A DNA stretch of 64,000 nucleotides, taken from positions 1-64,000 of the forward strand of contig RBZT01000267.1 of assembly GCA_003693705.1 (NCBI GenBank), written 5' to 3'. Within the stretch, counting starts at the first letter, position 1. Every line of letters begins with the position of its first letter. The notes under the pieces were generated by a model. That model saw only the letters and a list, made by a program, of their open reading frames with translations, was not told the origin of the DNA and did not search any database. Source of the stretch: Polymyxa betae A26-41 (Eukaryota > Protista > Endomyxa: Phytomyxea). Both the position numbers and the translations under genes were made by a program. Shown here piece by piece: positions 38,849 through 48,827 of this stretch.

Positions 38849-40296
38849 ATGAAACGAAGACGTTCAGATCAGGGGGATGCCGGCCATCATCCCAATAGCA
38901 TCTATTACAAGAACCCGCCTGATTTCAAATCACTAGCAGAACAGTATCCTGAGTTCGCCAATCAGTAGGTGAATTTGAGTGATCGTTTTATTGCCTGCTT
39001 TAGGCTGATCGTCGTTTAGTGTTTTGGTCTCTAAATCGGGGACGTCCATATTGGATTGGAACGATCCTGATGCGCTCTTAGCGCTAACCAAAGTCCTTTT
39101 GAAGCACGATTTTCATCTAAAGTTTAGCATACCTCGACATCATTTATGTCCGCCTGTTTCTCAGCGTTTAAATTATATATTATGGGTTGAGGTGGCGTGG
39201 CTGGAATCGTTATTTCCGTTCAGTTCTGATTGCATACAAGGACTTGCTGAAGTTTCTACCGAAATCGGATGAAGTTGTTGGCATTGACATCGGGACTGGA
39301 GCATCTGCGATATTCGCGCTGCTCGGGACGTCGCGGTCCATAAACTTTGTGTGTACTGAAACAGATGCAGAATCTGTGCAATCCGCCAGAGATAATATCG
39401 CTAATAACAATCTGCAAGATAAAATCGAGGTCATCCATGTTGATGATCCCAATAAGATCCTTGCTGGCGTTCTCCCTGAAAACAGAGAGTGAATGCAGCA
39501 GAAACGTATCGTGCCCATTCGTTGACAAGTTTCTCTCTCAGATTCGACTTTTGCATCTGCAATCCTCCGTTTTTCGATTCGCTGGAGGAGACTGGACTCA
39601 ACAACAAACGGGTTTCGTAATCTTGATTACGAAACCAGTTCGAAAGTCTCTAACGTGATCAGCAGGTGTGCTTGGCAACCGCTTCCGAATTGATTTGCGA
39701 AGGAGGAGAATTCCGATTTATAAAACAGCTTCTTGACGAAAGCGCCGGCGTACTTAAGGGGCGAATCGGGTAATGCATTGGCGTCGATTTATTCTTTATT
39801 AGGTACTAACTTGTTTAGATGGTATACGACGATGTTAGGTCGAAAGGTGACCTTGGCCAAGCTTTTACCATTAATTCATGCAACGAATCCTGTTTGTGTC
39901 CAAACAACCGTATTCAAGCAGGGTCGCCAATCGAGATGGGGATTAGCTTGGACATATAGAAACGATATTGCAGTGAAACTGGATTGTAGAAAGATCGACG
40001 ATCACCTGGAGCTTAAATATAATTTTATGTCTGAAAGGAAATCAATTGAAACGATACATCTGCTCGTCAACGAATGGATCCGCTCAAGATCCGGCAAGAT
40101 CGTCAAGAAATCGCCGCTCTCGATTATATTTTCCCTTTCTATTGACGACGCATCAGCAGTCAGTTTCAAGATGAACTTCATGCCTCTACAGCCCAATCAG
40201 TTCCGCATCAGTATCGATATTCAATGCGATCAGGCTGATCAGCTCGTAAAGCAGCTCACAGAGATGCGAGCAGAACTGGAGAGCATTTTGACTTGA
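38849..40296 (+). CDS. METTL16: U6 snRNA m6A methyltransferase METTL16 (RlmF family), multi-exon
   Basis: HPNSIY..PPDFKSLA..YP, LTKVLLKHDF, LCPPVSQRLNYILW, GIDIGTGASAI, FDFCICNPPFF, GGEFRF, WYTTMLGRK, QGRQSRWGLAWTY. Confidence 0.93.
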
Positions 40297-40376
40297 AAAT
40301 AATACTAAATTCGTTCCGGACTTTTCGCATTGGTCCGAAAGTCAAATTTCAAATTGAATTGTTTTTTCATTGAATC

Positions 40377-41606
40377 ATGACCATGGATATGAATGATCGC
40401 GATAGCGATCTGGATCAGTACGACGAATCTGCAGAGATGGCTTCAACTTCAATGAGGGCAGGGGAATCGTTGGAATTCGTGGAAGACGCCAATGAAGCTG
40501 GCGAGGAAGGATCCGAGATGGATATTCCCGAACCCAACCAGGAGGGTTTGCAGATTTTCGAAGATGATTCTGTGCAAGGGTTCTTCTCACATACCGAACC
40601 GGTGTATGCTGTGGCGTGTTCCCCAATCGATCCGAATGACGTTGTCACGGGAGGCGGTGACGATCGTGTCTACCGTTGGAATCTGTCGACTGGTGCGGAG
40701 CATCCTGTACCTTTGTCAAAGCACAACGATTCGGTCATTAGCGTCGCATACAATCATGACGGCTCGATGTTCGCCTCGGCCGGAATGGACGGCGTCGTTC
40801 GTGTCTATTCAGTCAACGACTCGGTCTTGCTGCATACGCTGGAAGGTCCCGCTACTGAGATCGAATGGATGTCATGGCACCCGAAGGGGCCTGTCCTTGC
40901 TGTCGGCTGCAGCGATGGCACCGGCTGGGTTTGGCACATCTCGCCCTCTCACGCCAACGTCCTGCAGGTTCTGTCACAAGACTCGACTCAGACCTGTGGC
41001 GAGTTCACCGGTCTCGAGGGGAAAGCGCTTTGTACTGGATCTGAAGATGGCACATTACGAGTATGGTCTGTTAAGACGGGGCAGCCCTCTACTATCATTA
41101 AGGCGGGTCCTCTTTATCATCAGGCTCCTATCGTCTCACTTCATTCGCATCCAACCCAACCCATTATACTAACCGGCTCGCAAGACAACACAGCCAAATG
41201 GGTCCACATCGAAAGCGGTAAGGTCCTGGGATCCATTGCCGGGCATAACTCCCCGGTGGAAGCTGTGGCGTTCCCGTCGGTTCAGCTGGGACATAATTGG
41301 GCAGCTACTGGTGCCATGGATGGGTCCATCTTCATTATCGATTTGGATCGCGGTGCTATTCGTGTACGTCTAAGCCAGGGCGACGGAATCGTGAAGCTAA
41401 AATGGTTGAGGAACCGGCCGTATCTGTTATGTTCGTGCTCGTTGGATGGCTCCATTAAGATTTGGGATAGCCGAACAGGAGATTGCGTTCAAGAGATTCG
41501 GGGCCATACTGCTCCTGTGTATGATATTGCAATCTCAGCTGACGAAAGGTTCATCGTCTCTGGCTCTGACGACCATACGGCTCTCGTTTTTGCTATTAAT
41601 CAGTAA
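40377..41606 (+). CDS. AAMP: WD40 protein SQT1/AAMP (uL16 chaperone, 60S biogenesis)
   Basis: Acidic N-terminus, DDSVQGFFSHTEPVYAV, TGGGDD, IEWMSWHPKGPVL, about 8 WD repeats ending SGSDDHTALVF. Confidence 0.85.
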   Translation: MTMDMNDRDSDLDQYDESAEMASTSMRAGESLEFVEDANEAGEEGSEMDIPEPNQEGLQIFEDDSVQGFFSHTEPVYAVACSPIDPNDVVTGGGDDRVYRWNLSTGAEHPVPLSKHNDSVISVAYNHDGSMFASAGMDGVVRVYSVNDSVLLHTLEGPATEIEWMSWHPKGPVLAVGCSDGTGWVWHISPSHANVLQVLSQDSTQTCGEFTGLEGKALCTGSEDGTLRVWSVKTGQPSTIIKAGPLYHQAPIVSLHSHPTQPIILTGSQDNTAKWVHIESGKVLGSIAGHNSPVEAVAFPSVQLGHNWAATGAMDGSIFIIDLDRGAIRVRLSQGDGIVKLKWLRNRPYLLCSCSLDGSIKIWDSRTGDCVQEIRGHTAPVYDIAISADERFIVSGSDDHTALVFAINQ

Positions 41607-41657
41607 TATACATTCCTATTTGTCTAATATATGTTCACTAAAGCAATGTACTTCTGG

Positions 41658-42393
41658 TTACGTCTTTGGCCTTGGATGGAGCATAAATGTGAGCCTCCAT
41701 CCTATATCTTTTGCAGATCCGTGCAGCCGACCGACGTCGCTGACGTCAGAGCATATCTTGTTGAATAAGGCGTTGGCTGATTCTGGCGCCAATGACCTGT
41801 TAACCTTGTTTTGAAATTTCCTGCCTGATTTGTTCAATATCAGGATTCGGACTGAATTTTCTTGCAATAGAAACTTCCTGATCATAGCCATTTTGACTGC
41901 AAAATCATGAGGCTGCAAATTCAGTTAGCAACGACGAGCGGACAGGCCAAGACCGATTATTAATACCTCGGTTCTACTGGTCATTTTAACCTCTTTCTCT
42001 TTTGCGACTTTAACTCTCGATGGTGTTTGAGATGGCTGAGAGGTTGGCGAGCCTGTCTGAACTGGCTTCGCTTCAGGCAGCTTAACAGTTTTCTTGCAGA
42101 CTTTATAAACAGGAGGATTAGCTCGAGTATTTACAGCAACCAGGTCTAATCCTAGATCGAACGCTGAGCGTCTGGCATCTGTTATCAACTATCGAAGAAT
42201 GTCGTCAAGCTTGAAGATTCAATCGGAAAAGCTTACATACTTGGATGCCCTGGTTACTCCCATTTTGATCAATCAGCAGCACTTTCAATTCAGGATCGTC
42301 TTCGATTTTGGTAGAAAGCCATCCCAATGACGTTCGCGACAAAGCAGGCCGCCTTACTATCGAAGCAAATCCCAGAACATGGCGAGTAATCAT
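41658..42393 (-). CDS. MTIF3: Mitochondrial translation initiation factor IF-3, 3 exons
   Basis: Transit-peptide-like start; VLLIDQNGSNQG, LDLVAVNTRANPPVYKV, KEKEVKMTSR..PHDFAVK..FL..VRI. Confidence 0.8.
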
Positions 42394-42747
42394 GAAAATC
42401 TTGTCAATGTAGAGGGTTGCGCCTCAGGCGTTACCATCAACACATCTCAGTTTACTTTTTTGAAATTTTTGAATTTTATTCAGTAGGACGCTGCGTTATG
42501 TTACTGGTAAATGGCTGCTACATTTCATTCATTCTTCCGTCAAATGCTATTCATTCGGCGACAATGTATAAGATGGTCATGCCGAATTGGATCCTCTTAT
42601 CCACTCGGACACCTCCAGAGACGACCTGGAAATTGCTCCAGGATCCTGAATGACTCATCGTGACTTCACCATCCGGAACCCTGACCGGGATTTCAGGATC
42701 GTTTCCTTCATTTTGTTATCACCCTTTTGGGTTGCACCTCTCGAATC

Positions 42748-44424
42748 ATGAACATGAATCTGACCGTTCTGGTTGCATCTCTACTTATCGCTTTGTCTCT
42801 TGCAGATGAAGAATGTTCTCCCGGCAAAATGATTCAACTGATTCAACCGCCTATCGCTGAAACAGAAAAAATCGCTTTAGCTTTAACCCCACCTGCTTTC
42901 GACACCCAAGGTCTATCATACAATGCAGCGACTGCTCCTTTTCTTCCAGCGGTTGTTGCAAACCCAGCTTATGAAGAGGGCCCTCCCCTACCTGTGGCCT
43001 TATCTCAGATTGTTGCCGAGCCTGCCGCTCCCATTACAACAGAATGTGCAGAGCCCCAACCACATGTCAAGCTGCAAATGCCAATCTCTGCTCCTGGATT
43101 CGCTAGAAGGGCCTCACCTCCTGTTGCTGAAGCCGTTCCTGTCCAGATGCCTCAATATGCTGTTCCACCTGTCCAACGAGGATCCTATACGGCGCATGGT
43201 GTCAAAGCTGTTCCTACTGGTCAAGCATTTACCAGAAGGATGAAAAAGGTTCCAGTCGATATCTCTCTGTTTGTGAGGGTTCCCGAAAACGCTTCATCTA
43301 AAGACATCGCTTCCATTAACAGCGATGGCGTTATTGAAAACATTGCTCCGACCCTGTCTACAGGCGATTACAAAGTGCTCCTCAGCAAACCGAGTAATAA
43401 CCAGCGGCCAATTAACCAACAGCGGCCAGTTATTCTTACTCGTGCTTCTTCGAATGTGCAAGGCGTGATTCCAAACAATATTGTTCCGATAGCCAACAAT
43501 GTGAACAATGTTGCGAATCCGAGCAACCTCAACAGCAACACGAACAGCAACAACATAAACAGTAACACGAACAGCAACAATAACGTCAACAATAACAACG
43601 TGAACCGTAATACCGAAGTCAAGAGCAATGTCAATAATAACAATTTAATCGCAAACAGCAATACGGACATCAAGAACACTGTTAACAACAATGCCAACTT
43701 TAAAAGCAATAATGACGTCACAAACAACGTCAACGTGAACAACAACGACGTCAAGAACAATGTTAACAACAATGTCAATATCAAGAGCAACACTGACGTC
43801 AGGAACAACGTTGTGAACAGCAATGCTCATGAATCTGTTACTAACAGCAATAATGTTAACAACAACAACGATGTCAAGAATACCGCTAATGTAAACAGCA
43901 ATACCAATGAATTCATTAGCTCCAACAGCATCAACAGTGATATCAAGAACACAGTTAATGTCAATAATGCTGTTTCCAATAACGTCGCTGGCAACAATGC
44001 TATCGGTAACGTGCATAATGATGTTAACATCAACAACAGCGTCGACAATGGGGCCGGAAATACCAGCGTTGGCAATAGCAATTCAGTATCACATCATTCT
44101 TTTAATAATGTGGTCAATTCAGCTAGCAGCAGCCAAGTTCAGGCTGGTGGTAACCCCAGCACTATTAGCAAGAAACTGCAACCGAATTCGATCCATTCTA
44201 CAACGAGAGATATCATCAACATGAAACAAGAGTCGACAAAGAACACCCCAGAAGATCAATCAACCATTTCATCACAAGGTCAAACGACCATTTCGTCACA
44301 AGGGCAAAGAACAATCTCTTCGCAACCGAGTCACACGAACATGCTAAGTGATCAAATCTTACCAACATTTGTTGGATCTGATAGTACAACGCAACGACAA
44401 TCGTCAAGTATTAGTCAAAACTAA
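42748..44424 (+). CDS. Secreted low-complexity Pro/Ala-rich then Asn/Val-rich protein
   Basis: Signal MNMNLTVLVASLLIALSLA; ~200 aa N/V/S-rich tract (NNVNNN..DVKNNVN); ISSQ[GP] x3; intronless. Confidence 0.8.
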   Translation: MNMNLTVLVASLLIALSLADEECSPGKMIQLIQPPIAETEKIALALTPPAFDTQGLSYNAATAPFLPAVVANPAYEEGPPLPVALSQIVAEPAAPITTECAEPQPHVKLQMPISAPGFARRASPPVAEAVPVQMPQYAVPPVQRGSYTAHGVKAVPTGQAFTRRMKKVPVDISLFVRVPENASSKDIASINSDGVIENIAPTLSTGDYKVLLSKPSNNQRPINQQRPVILTRASSNVQGVIPNNIVPIANNVNNVANPSNLNSNTNSNNINSNTNSNNNVNNNNVNRNTEVKSNVNNNNLIANSNTDIKNTVNNNANFKSNNDVTNNVNVNNNDVKNNVNNNVNIKSNTDVRNNVVNSNAHESVTNSNNVNNNNDVKNTANVNSNTNEFISSNSINSDIKNTVNVNNAVSNNVAGNNAIGNVHNDVNINNSVDNGAGNTSVGNSNSVSHHSFNNVVNSASSSQVQAGGNPSTISKKLQPNSIHSTTRDIINMKQESTKNTPEDQSTISSQGQTTISSQGQRTISSQPSHTNMLSDQILPTFVGSDSTTQRQSSSISQN

Positions 44425-44630
44425 AGACAGTTGGCTCAGTTTGGTGATTGAATAAATTTATCATGAAATTCTTCTACCTTCTACACTGTGCACTGAAAAT
44501 TTGTTTTCAACTACCTAGTTAAGGCAGTCGCATGACGCGATATGAACGAATCGACCTAGTCGTCTCGATCCAAGAAAATTTTTGTACTACTACTGAAAGA
44601 ATCAATGAAGTATTTGCAACATTTGACAAT

Positions 44631-45522
44631 AGCAAGGTTGGCACAGCCCATTCGGTGGTGGAAGTGGGGTGGAACCCTCCTTAAGCACCGCCGACGCCAT
44701 CACCACAACGATGGCGGCGAACGACAAAAATCACAAAGAGCACACCTTCGGATTCTAAGACAACCTCCCCACAGCCTTCGCGAAACATCGCCGTCATCCT
44801 CGACCGGCGACCTTTCAATAAATCAATAAACAGGAAGCAGCCCCTCCAGATTCCAGATTAATTCCCCACGGACCTCGGCGGTCGCCCTGAACTCAGCGAT
44901 GACGACGCACGACGAAATCGATAAAAAGCAGACCTTCGGATTCTACGACAGCTCATGTAGCGGCCATCAGTGTCAGATCGTTAAAATCCAAAAAGCAGTC
45001 TGTGCCGATGCTATCCAAAACGTTAAACGTACTAAATGGGGCTGGGCGAAACGCCAGGTAGACGTCCTTGGCGCGGTCGGTGTTGGCGTTATTAAGGGCA
45101 TCGCGCAACCGACCGAGATTGCAATCATCGGCGGCAGCGACGCTAGGAGATAACGAACAGCACTACGAATGAACACACATGATTCGATTCTAAGCCTAGT
45201 TCGATTTCCCCGCCAACCGTTTTTTTTTCTATTTGCACGGTTATCGTTGCAGTTAAAGATGTTCTTGGCACTTCTGGCTCGGCCACCGATTACCATTTGA
45301 TATTTAACATCAAAACCTCATTAGAGAGGGAGGTAGGGCGATTCTGAGGAAGACTCCGTGGGAAGTCGCGCAATTCTTCGCCGAGGAGGCTGTCGTAGAT
45401 TTTCAAGGTGTGCTTTTTTTATTTTTGTCGTTCTGTTGTCATCGCTGTGGTGAGGGCGTCGGCGGAACTCAAGGAGGGTTCCACCCCAATTCCTTCTCCG
45501 AAATATCTGTGCCAATCCTGCT
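44631..45522. repeat. Imperfect ~0.9-kb palindrome / foldback-like element built from four related units
   Basis: 44631-44770 is the diverged reverse complement of ~45385-45522, including a perfect 18-mer TGGGGTGGAACCCTCCTT (44665-82 / 45471-88). Further degenerate copies at ~44875-44952 (+) and ~45200-45275 (-). Confidence 0.8.
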
Positions 45523-45564
45523 GACAATCCCATAATTTAGATTTGTACTGTAGCGAGAATAAAA

Positions 45565-47140
45565 CTATTTTCTTCTGCGTCTAGGCTCGTTTGGTTTCTG
45601 TGGCTCGCTGGAATTATCTAAAACGATGACAGATCCACCATGAATTTCATCCTTCATAGGACTCGCTTGAACAGAACGCTGGGAGGATATGTAAAACTTT
45701 AGGTCTTTCAGATTTTCTTCTAACGATTGAATTTCAGCTTCCTGCTCTTGCATCTTAGTGGAAGGATTTGGTCGTCCACTTTCAATCTGCCGCCTGATCG
45801 AAAGTTGATTGCCAAGAATGTTCTTATTTAGCTGCTGGAGCTTTTTCAATTCTGTGGCTTTCTGCTCTTCAGCGACTTTTAACCCGTTTAACTGAGCTTC
45901 ACCGGACTGATTGCTTGCTTCAATCAATGCAATTCTTTTCCTTGTCGCGTCTTGCTGGGCAAGAATAGCATCGATTTCAGCTTCAATTTGAACCAAATTT
46001 CTCTCGAACTGTTCAGATTGCCGCCTTTGGCGTTTCTTAAAAAGGGCACATTGTTCCTGAAGCTGAGAAGATAATAAACCATTATACTCGTCCAGGATTT
46101 CTTCCAGTTTGAAAGTTGATCGATCCGCTTCGTCTTCACTGATATTATTTACTCCAACTTCGACCAATTTTCCATCCCCAACTATAAGCCGATGGACGAA
46201 ATTATCTGCTGCATAATCCCAGACCGATCTGGTTGTAATATCTAACGCGAACGTATGGCAGGTTTCATGAAAGCTGATGAATGTTAGAAAACGGTCATTG
46301 AGAAAGACGAACCCACTCACTGCTCCAGAGCGTGGCTGTTAACATTTCGCCCACATCCAACGTGTCCGCATACAAGACATATCCAGAGATCGTTGCAATT
46401 CATGGTCTGGTTTGTCACGAGGCATCTCTCACAATGCGGCTGGTTCTGTAATCATTTTAACAGATCGGAATCCAAGAATCTGTGTATGAAACCTTTGGCT
46501 GCATGTGATGCCTGCAAACAGGACAGGCATTGCTGTTCCCTTTCCAGTTACGTAGGCAATTAAAATGGAATTGATGACGGCAGAGAATGCTAACAGACCC
46601 TGAGCTAGCGATGACCTCCAAACAGACAGTACAGCATTCTGAAGAGGCATCAAGCAAGCTCCGATCTGGTAATCGTGGCATATCGCAGTCGACAACTCGT
46701 AGCATTTGACAGCGATCTTCTTCCACACCATTGAAAGGGCGATCATGCAGACGATTGCAAAACTCTTCGCAATCAGATTCTGACGCTAACATGATCAAAA
46801 TGCCATAGTAATAATCTCTATCATAAGGCGGATCCGGCTCGATTATTTGCAAATGGACCGCGTTGCGAGTGAATGGCTCAATGAAGGCGCAGAACTCGGA
46901 GATACAGACATGCTTCGGAATGCCTAATGCCAGCGCCATCCTGGTCGGACAGTCTGAGGTGGCGACTTCGACCTGGCCGTGGATGACCTCGACTTCGGCA
47001 TTGCCGAATCTAAACTTGATGACGCCTGGCTCCTGTTCGTCTGCCTTACTCATGGAATGAATGGAATTTGTTGCGTAATGAACAGCCATGGTAGCAATGA
47101 CCAAATCCCAAGACCCCATCACCCCAGCATTATCTGTCAT
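45565..47140 (-). CDS. BRAP: BRCA1-associated protein BRAP2/IMP (BRAP2 domain, RING-H2, ZnF-UBP, coiled coil)
   Basis: [92 protein letters not shown]. Confidence 0.92.
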
Positions 47141-47467
47141 ATCCTTGACATGATATCAGATTCCAATAAATGATGGAATCATGGAAAGCCCAAGGATGAA
47201 TGGGCTTGAGATTTGATACGGAGATTTCAGTCGTCCTGTTTTCACGGTGGCCATCTTAGCAGTTACTGGGTGCATCAATCTGATCACGAATCAATAACTT
47301 TGGCCGCTTCAAAATCATAGTGAATATTGGTGCTGTCCTGGCGATCAACTAGTAGCAAAATGGCGAAAAGTTTGTCAATTTCGACGGTTTCAGATGCCGA
47401 ATTCAACATCTTCGGAATTCCTGAAGGGTTTGGGCGGTTTCAACTATAAACAGAGTACGAGATTAAT

Positions 47468-48654
47468 TTAAACCGCTTTATTACTGACTTCATCACTTTC
47501 ACAATATTGCTCATCCACAGTGTCAAGATCAGAATCAACTGAAGGTTCTTCATCGCCCTCAAAAAACTCGTCGTTTGAAGAATCGCCTTCTTCTTCTGGA
47601 TCCGAAACTAACCAGATTGAAGGTCCATCCTGGCCAGTAAATAGTTGTCCTTTCTGAATTGAGGGAGCGTTGAGCTTCGAGCCAATGATTGGTGGATTCA
47701 AAATCGGTTGAGTTTCTGCAGCTATTGGAGTGAGTCCGAAAGCTGACGGATTATTCGATGCTCCTGCAGCAGGATTGCTTTGTGGATTATTCGAAGATGC
47801 TCCTGCAGCAGGATTGCTTTGTGGATTATTCGAAGATGCTCCTGCAGCAGGATTGCTTTGTGGATTATTCAAAGATGCTCCTGCAGCAGAATTGCTTGAT
47901 ATTGCAGATGATGTTCCAATTGTTGTATTGTTGGGCAGTCCAGCAGCTGTATTGTTGGGCAATCCAGCAGTTGTATTGTTGGGCAGTCCAGTAGTTGTAT
48001 TGTTGGGCGATCCAGCAGTTGTATTGTTGGGCAATCCAGTAGTTGTATTGTTGGGCAGTGCGGCAGCTGTGTTGTTGGGCAATCCAGCAGTTGTATTGCC
48101 CGCTGCCATATTGTTAGAGAGCCCAGTAGCTGGAGCACTGTTCGATGCTCCTTGGCAGTTGCTGCTAGCAACCACTTGCCATTCGCATGGAGTATTGCCT
48201 GCCACTGCCCAATCAGGATCTATTGCTTGGATCGCATTCTGGCTGAGGTCCAAGCCCATAGCACCTCCTCGATCCACAACCAGTACATGGGTGGACTTCG
48301 ATGTTTTTGAAGATGTCACTTTGATGCAAATGCCACAGCCAGAGTTGTTGTCATTTGGAAGATCTCGCCAGGCTGTTATAAACCCTCCATTTACTGACGC
48401 AGGAACCGACGAATAATATTCTCCACATGCACCATTAATTTTATCTGCCAAGTGTTCATACTTTGAGTCGCGACAAAGTAAGCTATTAAACATTCTAAAA
48501 AAACTTTGAAGTGTCCAAATGTTCATGCAATCCTAATCTGACCTTGTTTCAGATACTCATGCATAGTGCATCCTCCTTCACCGGACTGAGCGTATGCCTG
48601 CCAACCTGACCATGCAGAGAAAATGACAATTAACAAACAATTTCCAGGTCCCAT
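47468..48654 (-). CDS. Secreted expansin-like/RlpA double-psi beta-barrel protein with N-glycosylated repeat stalk and acidic tail
   Basis: Signal MGPGNCLLIVIFSAWSGWQAYA; GACG, CGICIKVT, VLVVDRGG..GLDLSQNA, WQVV..C. Confidence 0.8.
47748..48112 (-). repeat. Coding tandem repeats: ~8 x 24 nt (LPNNTTAG) and ~3.5 x 39 nt (AAGASSNNPQSNP)
   Basis: Directly visible in DNA and translation. Confidence 0.93.
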
Positions 48655-48827
48655 GTTGTAGCTAGTGTCTCGTAGATTTTCTTGACAATTACAAGGCTTA
48701 GCATGGTCGACCTTGACGCACACGTTGACTCATGTAGAAGTATGTCAGGCTAGGGACGCTGCAACGATTATTCCTTTAATTACTGTGCTCTTAAGTTAAA
48801 ACTGCTGTCATTGTCTCGTAACTTCTG

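Noticed and set aside
43368-44081. Leu-rich 'membrane protein' ORFs on the minus strand
   Set aside because: Antisense translation of AAC/AAT Asn codons of the secreted Asn-rich gene. The same applies to 19457-20008 and 47730-48416.
44605-45533. Two similar short ORFs (44605-44829 + and 45321-45533 -) as a paralogous peptide pair
   Set aside because: The similarity follows from the DNA inverted repeat; compensating single-base indels between copies and the non-coding third copy argue against protein-level selection.
45527-45537. ATCCCATAATT, similar to the MRP USE-like motif
   Set aside because: It points into the antisense of the BRAP 3' end with no recognisable downstream RNA, and similar CCCATAAT words occur inside coding exons.
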